32,000 bases of DNA, from NCBI RefSeq assembly GCF_001659725.1, contig NZ_CP015922.1, positions 1,541,498 through 1,573,497 on the forward strand, given 5' to 3'. Source of the stretch: Polynucleobacter wuianus. GTDB taxonomy: Bacteria; Pseudomonadota; Gammaproteobacteria; Burkholderiales; Burkholderiaceae. Shown in pieces: positions 24,803-32,000 of this stretch (position 1 is the stretch's first letter; every line of letters starts with the position of its first letter). The notes under the pieces were generated by a model. It saw only the letters and a program-made list of their open reading frames with translations. It searched no databases and had not been told where the DNA came from. A program made the position numbers and the translations under genes.

Positions 24803-26242
24803 GTGAATAGAAAAGTAACCACTAATTACCGCCTCGCAAAAGGGTTGTCGCTCCTTCTAGCGAGTGGCTTACTCAGCCTAAGCCTAGGATTAGGTTCAGC
24901 GCAGGCCCAAACAAGCCAAGCCAAAAAGCCCACTCAGAACCGAGCCAAGGTCTATGTACAAAACTCCAAGCAGGTTGGGTTTAAAGATAAATCTGCAGGA
25001 ATTGGCTCAAAGATCAATAGCATGAGCTTAAATCCATCACTCTTTCAGAAAAAAGATCCGAGTGAGCTCATGCTTGATAGCGATGCCAACCTAGACTATC
25101 GAGTGATGCAGGGTTGCCTTCGACGCAGCTTTAATGAAGACAATTTGCCATCCAGTATTGGCATTGATAACCGCCAATTTTCTGAATTCTTCAAAAGCCA
25201 AACTAAAGGATTTTTTGACAAGATGCGTGGCGATTGCATTCCATACGCAGTTGCATTTACTACCCGTAATCGTTTTGATTCTTTAAGCATTATGAATGGT
25301 CCGATTCAGGATAGTAAAACTGAAGTTTGGACATTTACTCCATCTGCTTTTGGTGGCTTCTTAGTACAGCAAGATCTATTAAGAAATGAATCCAAAAATC
25401 TTACAGAGATTCGTGTACCTTTGAAAGAAGTTTTATATGACCCACGCAAGTTGGGCGATAAATTACCAGTCGAGTTGGTGTGGGAGCTGAACTCCATCAT
25501 CAAACAAATTTATCCCGAGGAAAATAACTCCCTAGAAAACACCAATAGCGTTGTCCGCCTGATTGTGGATTTTGGTGATCGAGATCGATGGGCTCAGATC
25601 TGGGCAGCCGAGATTATTGATCCAGCCAATAAGGAGGTCTTTGCTGGTGCTTTCTGGGTAGATCGCAATGACATACCTGGCGCCTTCTTTACAGCCAGTG
25701 GTGAATCCCTAGAGAGATCTTTCTGGACTAATCCATTGAGCTATCGACGGATCTCACGTGGTGTGGGAATGGTGCGTGCTAGCGCGCCTAAGCGATCTAA
25801 AAATAATGTTGCTGTCACTCAACCCGCGCCTACCAAGCAGCGCTACCGCGCTCATATGGGAATTGACTACGCAGCGCCCATCGGCACACCCATATTTAGC
25901 GTGGCCAATGGGAAGGTAGTTCATCTTGGCTTTAGTGGTGCGTTTGGCAATCTCATTGTTTTAGAACACCCAGGGGGCTATCATACTTACTACGCACATC
26001 TGAGTAGCTACAACTCTGAACTTGAAGTCGGTAATGAGGTGCGCCGTGGTCTGGAAATTGGCTATGTCGGATCTACTGGTCGATCTACTGGACCCCATCT
26101 TCATTTTGAACTCAGAAAAGATGGGATCTACGTTGATCCTTACGGTTCAAGAACACAACTTGATCTCTGGTCAATGCGCAATAACGAAAGTGGGCAGCTT
26201 ACAAGAGAGATTTTGTTGCTAGGCAGCCCTCTCAATCGTTAA
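24803..26242 (+). CDS. M23 (LytM-domain) peptidase with a long N-terminal region
   Basis: Signal peptide ..GLGSAQAQ. The C-terminal M23 motifs are HMGIDYAAPIGTPI and GSTGRSTGPHLHFEL. Confidence 0.9.
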   Translation: MNRKVTTNYRLAKGLSLLLASGLLSLSLGLGSAQAQTSQAKKPTQNRAKVYVQNSKQVGFKDKSAGIGSKINSMSLNPSLFQKKDPSELMLDSDANLDYRVMQGCLRRSFNEDNLPSSIGIDNRQFSEFFKSQTKGFFDKMRGDCIPYAVAFTTRNRFDSLSIMNGPIQDSKTEVWTFTPSAFGGFLVQQDLLRNESKNLTEIRVPLKEVLYDPRKLGDKLPVELVWELNSIIKQIYPEENNSLENTNSVVRLIVDFGDRDRWAQIWAAEIIDPANKEVFAGAFWVDRNDIPGAFFTASGESLERSFWTNPLSYRRISRGVGMVRASAPKRSKNNVAVTQPAPTKQRYRAHMGIDYAAPIGTPIFSVANGKVVHLGFSGAFGNLIVLEHPGGYHTYYAHLSSYNSELEVGNEVRRGLEIGYVGSTGRSTGPHLHFELRKDGIYVDPYGSRTQLDLWSMRNNESGQLTREILLLGSPLNR

Positions 26243-26260
26243 ATTATATTTTCTACAGAT

Positions 26261-26296
26261 AAAAGAATGGGGCCTCTAGGACCCCATTCTTTTTTA
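26261..26296. terminator. Strong bidirectional intrinsic terminator
   Basis: aaaAGAATGGGGcctctaggaCCCCATTCTttttt: a 9-bp stem flanked by an A-run and a T-run, between the convergent M23 peptidase and Usp genes. Confidence 0.85.
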
Positions 26297-26310
26297 CAAA
26301 CTCGAGAATA

Positions 26311-26751
26311 TTAACCAAGCACTAACACTGGTAATTTTGAATGCACAATCACTTCATGTGTTTCGCTACCCAATAATATACCCTTGATACCGGTACGTTT
26401 GTGTGAAGCCATGACGATGACATCTGCTTTTGCTTTTTTAGCGCCATCCAAAATACCCTCTGAGAGATTTGTATTGGAGATATGCAAAGTCTTCGCTTTA
26501 ATAGTAGCACCGAGTGCTGTAGCCGCTTTTTTGAACACATCTTTTGCGTAGGCATCACAAGCGCTTTTATGTTCTTTTGCGGAAACTCCATAACCCATTG
26601 TGCTATCGGAATACACCAAAGGAGGCAATGGGTCGGATACATATACCAAGGTCACAGCTGCGCCATCCGCTTTCGCAAGCTCAGCAACCTTTTTTAAAGA
26701 CTTTTTGCTGACATCTGAACCGTCAACTGGCACCAATAAATGCTTAAACAT
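26311..26751 (-). CDS. Universal stress protein (UspA family)
   Basis: MFKHLLVPVDGS.. and the C-terminal ATP-binding-type motif VMASHKRTGIKGILLGSETHEVIVHSKLPVLVL. Confidence 0.9.
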   Translation of the reverse strand: MFKHLLVPVDGSDVSKKSLKKVAELAKADGAAVTLVYVSDPLPPLVYSDSTMGYGVSAKEHKSACDAYAKDVFKKAATALGATIKAKTLHISNTNLSEGILDGAKKAKADVIVMASHKRTGIKGILLGSETHEVIVHSKLPVLVLG

Positions 26752-26838
26752 ATTTACCCCCTTTAAATTAAACTACTAATCTACTCTTTGCATCATAATG
26801 CTTATTATTGACCTATAAAAGCACAAAGGGTAACTTAA

Positions 26839-27240
26839 TTGCTCAAGTATTTAGGGATCTACTTCTCCTTTTTAATCACCCTCATTGCCGTGGATTTAAT
26901 CTGGCTCCTGGGAATAGCAAAGAATCTCTATCGCGAGGATATGGGCGATTTAATGGCGAGCGAACCCAAACTTATAGCAGGCTTAGCGTTTTATATTCTG
27001 TATGCCCTAGGGGTTTGTATTTTTGTCATTGCGCCCGCACTATCAAAACAATCTCTCATTTATGCACTGCAATATGGGGCGCTATTTGGTTTCTTTTGTT
27101 ATATGACTTACGACCTCACCAATCTCGCAGTCATACGAGACTTCCCCACTCGCTTGGCATTCGTTGATATTGCCTGGGGATCCCTTGTGACAGCATGCTC
27201 TGCCGGATTTACCTACTGGGTAGGAAATCGACTCCCCTAA
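26839..27240 (+). CDS. DUF2177-like small integral membrane protein
   Basis: 133 aa, four TM segments. The N-terminus LKYLGIYFSFLITLIAVDLIWLLGIAKNLY matches my recollection of DUF2177. TTG start. Confidence 0.55.
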   Translation: MLKYLGIYFSFLITLIAVDLIWLLGIAKNLYREDMGDLMASEPKLIAGLAFYILYALGVCIFVIAPALSKQSLIYALQYGALFGFFCYMTYDLTNLAVIRDFPTRLAFVDIAWGSLVTACSAGFTYWVGNRLP

Positions 27241-27247
27241 GAGGATT

Positions 27248-28876
27248 ATGTTTTTTCATCCAAAAATCCTCGATTCTTTTCAGGGCTACAACCGCACCCT
27301 ATTTACCAAAGATGTTTTAGCGGGACTTACTGTTGGTGTCGTAGCGCTCCCATTGGCTATGGCTTTTGCAATTGCCAGCGGTCTAAAACCTGAAGCTGGA
27401 ATCTTCACCGCCATTATTGCTGGTGGATTAATTTCTTTGCTAGGCGGTAGTCGCGTTCAAATCGGGGGTCCGGCTGGTGCCTTCATTGTGATCGTTTACG
27501 GTATTGTTGATCGCTATGGAGTACCCAACCTATTACTAGCAACCGTAATGTCTGGCGTTTTTCTCCTGATCATGGGCTCGTTTCGACTTGGGACACTAGT
27601 ACGATTCATTCCTATTGCAGTAATCATTGGCTTTACCAACGGTATTGCTTGTTTGATTGCGCTATCGCAAGTTAAGGAATTCTTTGGTTTGACGATTGAA
27701 AAAATGCCAGCGCAATTTTTTCAATCGATACATGCTCTTTATAGCGCAGCAGATACCATCAACCCTGCTGCATTCAGCTTAGCCTGCGGCAGCCTAGCCA
27801 TCATTATTGGCTGGAGAATGATGCGCAAGAATTTAGGTTGGCTGAGCCATCTTCCAGGCACTGTTATAGCCATGGTAATGGCAACCGTCATTACTGCCTT
27901 GCTGGACTTACCAGTAGATACGATTGGCAGCCGTTTTGGTGGGATTCCCTCAAGCCTCCCACAGTTTGAATGGATCCCCATCAGTTGGGATACCGCCCAA
28001 TTTATGGTGGTGCCAGCCCTCACTTTGGCCCTCCTAGGCGCAATTGAATCATTACTTTGCGCCCGTATCGCCGATGGCTTGATCCATGATCGCCATGACT
28101 CTAACCAAGAACTGATGGCACAAGGTATTGCCAACTTAGTGACGCCATTTTTTGGCGGTATGCCAGCAACCGGGACGATTGCACGCACTGTTACTAATAT
28201 CGAAAGTGGTGGTAGATCACCAATCGCTGGGATTGTGCATGCTCTCACTCTATTGATTGTGGTTTTATTTGCAGCCCCACTAGCAAAAGATATTCCCTTG
28301 GCGAGTCTAGCTGCTATCTTGATGTATGTCGCTTGGAATATGGGTGAGTGGAAAAAGTTTATTGACTTGAAGCAGTTTCGCCTGCCCTATCAACTCACTA
28401 TCATTAGCGTGTTTTTGCTCACTGTTATTTTGGATCTCACGGTTGCAGTGCAAGTAGGTCTGCTACTTGCTTTCATCACTTTCATTTATCGCATCTCCAG
28501 CTTATCCCGTTGTGAGCTGGCAGATACCGAGCACTTCCCGCAGTTAAAAAACCAACAAGGTCGGATTGATGCCTACCGAATTTATGGCGCCATCTTTTTT
28601 GGTGCCGTAAAGCTTCTTGAAAAGATTGAAGAGAAGTTACCTTCTCAGGTTTTATTAATTGATCTCAAGAACGTGATTTACGTAGATACCTCAGGAATGG
28701 AAACCATTATCGAGTTGGCTCATCTATGCAAAATCCGCAACATCAAGCTCTGTATTTGCGGTCTAGATCATCAACCTTATGAGATGGCGCAGCGCAGTGG
28801 CTTTTTACAAACCTTGCCACAAGACTGCCTCTACCCCGACCTACTTTCTGGAATTGCTGCAGCAACTGGGCACTAA
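27248..28876 (+). CDS. SulP-family anion transporter with a C-terminal STAS domain
   Basis: 542 aa. SulP N-terminal pattern DVLAGLTVGVVALPLAMAFAIASG and a C-terminal STAS domain (VLLIDLKNVIYVDTSGMETI). Confidence 0.9.
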   Translation: MFFHPKILDSFQGYNRTLFTKDVLAGLTVGVVALPLAMAFAIASGLKPEAGIFTAIIAGGLISLLGGSRVQIGGPAGAFIVIVYGIVDRYGVPNLLLATVMSGVFLLIMGSFRLGTLVRFIPIAVIIGFTNGIACLIALSQVKEFFGLTIEKMPAQFFQSIHALYSAADTINPAAFSLACGSLAIIIGWRMMRKNLGWLSHLPGTVIAMVMATVITALLDLPVDTIGSRFGGIPSSLPQFEWIPISWDTAQFMVVPALTLALLGAIESLLCARIADGLIHDRHDSNQELMAQGIANLVTPFFGGMPATGTIARTVTNIESGGRSPIAGIVHALTLLIVVLFAAPLAKDIPLASLAAILMYVAWNMGEWKKFIDLKQFRLPYQLTIISVFLLTVILDLTVAVQVGLLLAFITFIYRISSLSRCELADTEHFPQLKNQQGRIDAYRIYGAIFFGAVKLLEKIEEKLPSQVLLIDLKNVIYVDTSGMETIIELAHLCKIRNIKLCICGLDHQPYEMAQRSGFLQTLPQDCLYPDLLSGIAAATGH

Positions 28877-29592
28877 GCAATACAGAATCCGCCTTTGAGT
28901 AAAGCTTCTGGCAGAACCCAAGCGCGATACAAACCAAAACTGCCAGCAACAAAGAGTAGCAAGACGGCAAAGTAGCGAACCCACACATACTGAGCGAATT
29001 GAGTGAGTGCCGCCGAAAATTTAGAAATCAGTAATAAGTTAGGCAAAGTGCCTAAGCCGAATGCCAGCATCAAGGCTGCGCCTGTCACCACATCTCCGGA
29101 TAAAAAAGCCAAAGGTAAAACGCTATAGACCAAACCGCAAGGCACCAAACCCCAAAGCATTCCACTAAACCAACGAGATGGACCGCTAGCAAAGCGCCCC
29201 AAATATTTTGCCCAGTAACTTGCAATCTGAGTGCTGAGCCACCGCCCACCAGTTCGACCCTTTGATTTACCAAGACCCAGCAAGCGAAGACCCATGTATA
29301 TCAACAATAAGGATGTCAGAACAAACAAGGATCTCTGAATCGGGAGAAAACTTTGCTGCCAAACAACCACCCCTATCCAAGCAGCTAAGGCACCCAATAA
29401 AACATAGCTTGTGACCCGACCCAAATGCATGATTAGCTGTAGATAAAAAATCTCAGATTTGGCTCGTAAAGGGGTCTCCAAGGCCGCTGGACGCTCTATG
29501 GCAGCGGCTATGCCACCACACATCAAAGCGCAATGCCAACCGCTCACTAACGCGCCCAAGAAAACAGCTAAAAGAAGGCTAGTAGTCAACAT
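28873..29592 (-). CDS. DsbD_2/TauE-like membrane protein (the type often linked to cbb3 oxidase/heavy-metal loci)
   Basis: 239 aa, about 6 TM segments. The N-terminal motif GWHCALMCGG lies in TM1. Its stop overlaps the convergent SulP stop by 4 nt. Confidence 0.6.
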   Translation of the reverse strand: MLTTSLLLAVFLGALVSGWHCALMCGGIAAAIERPAALETPLRAKSEIFYLQLIMHLGRVTSYVLLGALAAWIGVVVWQQSFLPIQRSLFVLTSLLLIYMGLRLLGLGKSKGRTGGRWLSTQIASYWAKYLGRFASGPSRWFSGMLWGLVPCGLVYSVLPLAFLSGDVVTGAALMLAFGLGTLPNLLLISKFSAALTQFAQYVWVRYFAVLLLFVAGSFGLYRAWVLPEALLKGGFCIA

Positions 29593-29664
29593 TTTGATAG
29601 CGGAATAAAAGGCAAAATTGGGTATTCACCCTAGTAGAATAAACTGTCTGCATAATTAACCCAT

Positions 29665-30435
29665 ATGAATTACAAGCCCACCGACAGCCCAACCAGCAAA
29701 TGCTCAGTCTGCGTTTTGGGGCAGTTCTGCCTTCCAGTTGGCCTCACCCCTACCGACGTATCCAAAATTGATACTCTGGTTAAAGAACGGGTTCATTTAC
29801 AAAAAGGTGAAAGCCTGTATCGCCATGGCGATCCTCTGAGCTCTGTTTACAGTGTTCGCTTTGGCACCCTCAAAACAGAATACTGCCTTCAAGATGGTCG
29901 TCAGCAGGTCATCGGCTTTCATCTCCCCGGTGAAATCTTAGGTCTAGATGGTATTGGCGAAGGCCACTATCAGTCTGATGCAATCGCTCTTGAAGAAAGC
30001 GAAGTCTGCATTATTCGCTACGATGCCTTTGAAGATCTTGCCCGTCAGATTCCAGTACTTCAAAATCAGTTTCATAAGATCATGAGCCGCGAACTTACTC
30101 AAGATCAACGCCACCTTCTATCTTTAGGCACGATGCGTGCCGAAGAAAGATTGGCTGCATTTTTATTAAGTCTTTCACAACGCTTAGCGGCTCGTGGATA
30201 TCTCAATAATGAATTCGATCTACGGATGAGTCGCGTAGAAATTGGCAGCTATCTTGGTATTCAAATTGAGACTGTTAGTCGCATGCTTTCTCGCTTTGCT
30301 GAATCTGGCCTCATTCAAATCAAGCAACGTCACATCAAATTGATAGACATGAATGGCTTATATGAACTAGCAGGCATCCCCAACCCAGATAGAACTGCCT
30401 GCGTCAGCAGCGAGATCCCTGTAAAGCACACGTAG
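29665..30435 (+). CDS. fnr: FNR-type CRP/FNR family transcriptional regulator
   Basis: N-terminal cysteine cluster KCSVCVLGQFC plus an internal Cys (EVCIIRY), a cNMP-binding-like fold, and a C-terminal HTH with the FNR-type recognition helix RVEIGSYLGIQIETVSRMLSR. Confidence 0.88.
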   Translation: MNYKPTDSPTSKCSVCVLGQFCLPVGLTPTDVSKIDTLVKERVHLQKGESLYRHGDPLSSVYSVRFGTLKTEYCLQDGRQQVIGFHLPGEILGLDGIGEGHYQSDAIALEESEVCIIRYDAFEDLARQIPVLQNQFHKIMSRELTQDQRHLLSLGTMRAEERLAAFLLSLSQRLAARGYLNNEFDLRMSRVEIGSYLGIQIETVSRMLSRFAESGLIQIKQRHIKLIDMNGLYELAGIPNPDRTACVSSEIPVKHT

Positions 30436-30437
30436 TT

Positions 30438-30698
30438 TTACAGCAGGCCCCGGTCAATTCCTTTGCCGTCTGGAGATTCAATGCCTGGCAATATATAGGC
30501 AGTCAATGCACTTGAGACAGCACAAAAAGTCCAGATAGCAAAAAATCCAATGGAGTAAATGCCTTCATCCGAAATATCTGGGTGATGACCAAAAAACAAG
30601 AGGTCTTGTGGATGAATCACGGTAAATAGCAAACCTTCTGCCATGCCAGCCACCAAGAAGGAAGGCCACAAAATCCAAATGAGTAGTCGGTATTTCAT
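30438..30698 (-). CDS. Small membrane protein of unknown function (86 aa), translationally coupled to the fixH-like gene
   Basis: Two to three hydrophobic segments. The ATG overlaps the upstream stop (ATGA at 30695-30698). Confidence 0.5.
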   Translation of the reverse strand: MKYRLLIWILWPSFLVAGMAEGLLFTVIHPQDLLFFGHHPDISDEGIYSIGFFAIWTFCAVSSALTAYILPGIESPDGKGIDRGLL

Positions 30699-30913
30699 TT
30701 GCCGGCCTGCGTATCTTTGCTTTGCTCAACTTTTAAACCTTGCTTTACAACGCCATCACGCAAGGGCTTATCCGCATAAAGATTAACAGCTAGCCAAATT
30801 GTAATTGCGCAACCAATCATGGCAACTGCTGGACCACTAATGAGTAGCCATGGCCACATCTGCTTCCACCAGGGTTTGATCATGTGCTGTTCGGTCATAA
30901 GCATCCTCTCCAT
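30695..30913 (-). CDS. FixH/CcoH-like small membrane protein
   Basis: 72 aa. PWWKQMWPWLLISGPAVAMIGCAITIWLAV resembles the FixH N-terminal TM segment. It lies immediately downstream of ccoG. Confidence 0.55.
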   Translation of the reverse strand: MERMLMTEQHMIKPWWKQMWPWLLISGPAVAMIGCAITIWLAVNLYADKPLRDGVVKQGLKVEQSKDTQAGK

Positions 30914-30928
30914 CTTTTGCTCGCCAGC

Positions 30929-32000
30929 TTAGCGGGGAATAATAAAAGTAGATTTCTCATCACGCTTTCTGGCAACCATCTCATTTCCAGAATGCTCTTG
31001 AGCAACTACATCAAAATAAATAGGGTAATTTCCTGGCTCATTTACGCCAAGCGCAGCACTCACCTTGATTGGCATTAATAGATTGCTAGCAGGGCCCACT
31101 TCAATTTCAGAGACGATTTGGCCTTGAGAATTCAAAATACTCAGGCCTTCCAAGCCCGTAGCCCTCAGCTGCACACTCATCTTATTTTCTGATGCATTCA
31201 TAATCTGAATGCGATAAATATTTTCAATTCGCACGCCCTCAACCTCACGAGCTAAGGCGCCACGATCCCGCATCACATCCACTCGTAATGGATTACGGGT
31301 TGCCAAAGACACCAAGAAAGCAGAGGCAAGAACGGTAATGAAGGCCGTATAAATCAACACACGTGGGCGCAAAATATGACGAATGGCGCTTTGATTCGAT
31401 TCTCGATCCTCGACCGCGCGTTCGGTGGTGTAGCGAATCAGCCCTTTTGGATAATCGACTTTCTCCATCACTTGATCACAAGCATCAATACAAGCACCGC
31501 AACCAATACACATGTATTGCATGCCATCACGAATATCAATACCGGTTGGACAGACCTGAACACAAATGCTGCAATCTACGCAATCGCCCAAACCCAATGA
31601 GGCATGATCTGCTGACTTGCTGCGACTACCTCTGGGTTCGCCACGAACTTTGTCATAGGTCACTAAGAAGGTATCTTTATCTACCATCACACTTTGGAAG
31701 CGCGCATAAGGACACATGTATTTACATACCTGCTCGCGCATAAAGCCCGCATTACCCCAAGTTGCAAAACTATAAAAACATAACCAAAATGTCTGCCATG
31801 GTCCAAGAGATAAATGAATTAATGCTGAACCTAGGGTTGTAATTGGGGTGAAGTAACCAATGAATGTAAAGCCTGTCCAGAAGGCGATTAAGAGCCAAAG
31901 GAAATGCTTAGTAAGCTTGAGTCGCCACTTCCGAATACCCCATGGCCATTCTTCACCGTCCAAGCGTATACGCGCAAAGCGATCGCCTTCAACTTTGCGC
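30929..32000 (-). CDS. ccoG: Cytochrome c oxidase (cbb3) accessory protein CcoG/FixG, 5'-truncated by the window edge
   Basis: Motif CKYMCPYARFQSV and two ferredoxin-type clusters, CVDCSICVQVCP and CIGCGACIDAC. The frame remains open from 31963 to nt 32000 (..RKVEGDRFARIRLDGEEWPW). Confidence 0.9.
   Translation of the reverse strand, partial: RKVEGDRFARIRLDGEEWPWGIRKWRLKLTKHFLWLLIAFWTGFTFIGYFTPITTLGSALIHLSLGPWQTFWLCFYSFATWGNAGFMREQVCKYMCPYARFQSVMVDKDTFLVTYDKVRGEPRGSRSKSADHASLGLGDCVDCSICVQVCPTGIDIRDGMQYMCIGCGACIDACDQVMEKVDYPKGLIRYTTERAVEDRESNQSAIRHILRPRVLIYTAFITVLASAFLVSLATRNPLRVDVMRDRGALAREVEGVRIENIYRIQIMNASENKMSVQLRATGLEGLSILNSQGQIVSEIEVGPASNLLMPIKVSAALGVNEPGNYPIYFDVVAQEHSGNEMVARKRDEKSTFIIPR

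Noticed and set aside
29594-29607. Possible FNR/CRP box upstream of fnr
   Set aside because: Only the left half-site TTGAT matches. The right half, GAATA, differs from ATCAA at most positions.
1-32000. CRISPR arrays, rRNA genes, IS elements/transposases, integrases and prophage genes
   Set aside because: I saw no regularly spaced short direct repeats, no rRNA-like segments and no ORF with transposase, integrase or phage structural motifs. The only repeats noted are the two diverged copies at 896-1054 and 2417-2600.

Overview
This is a 32-kb chromosomal segment that looks like a streamlined betaproteobacterial genome (Burkholderiales, possibly Polynucleobacter-like). That placement is an inference from three Bug/TctC-family binding proteins, the cbb3-oxidase accessory genes ccoG/fixH beside fnr, very tight gene packing with many start/stop overlaps, and moderate G+C. 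I could not run any search to confirm it. I support about 37 CDSs and found no intact tRNA, rRNA, CRISPR array, transposase or integrase. From about 2.7 kb onward the window is ordinary backbone. It holds a Bug-CMD-pirin-methyltransferase operon, trhO, a Bug-MmgE/PrpD-2-hydroxyacid dehydrogenase operon, a split chromate-transporter pair, another Bug gene, ygiD-crcB and a site-2 protease. It also holds cytochrome c' and b561, an MFS transporter, a TAXI-TRAP hydroxy-/sugar-acid-type locus, an M23 peptidase, Usp, a SulP transporter, fnr and ccoG/fixH. The only accessory-looking part is the left 2.7 kb. There, a 5'-truncated WYL-domain regulator is convergent with an AT-rich, translationally coupled two-gene cassette. 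The cassette encodes a STAS-like/GHKL (RsbW/SpoIIAB-type) kinase fusion and a small DUF4325-like STAS protein. It has no sigma factor or obvious output gene. It is bracketed by diverged direct repeats of about 160-180 nt, each carrying a conserved terminator hairpin. It ends next to a tRNA/tmRNA 3'-end-like fragment with its own terminator, which may be a displaced att remnant. This cassette is my best candidate for an uncharacterised system, and its function is pure inference. Two small minus-strand ORFs (45 and 55 aa) that fall below the ORF-track cutoff are also reported.
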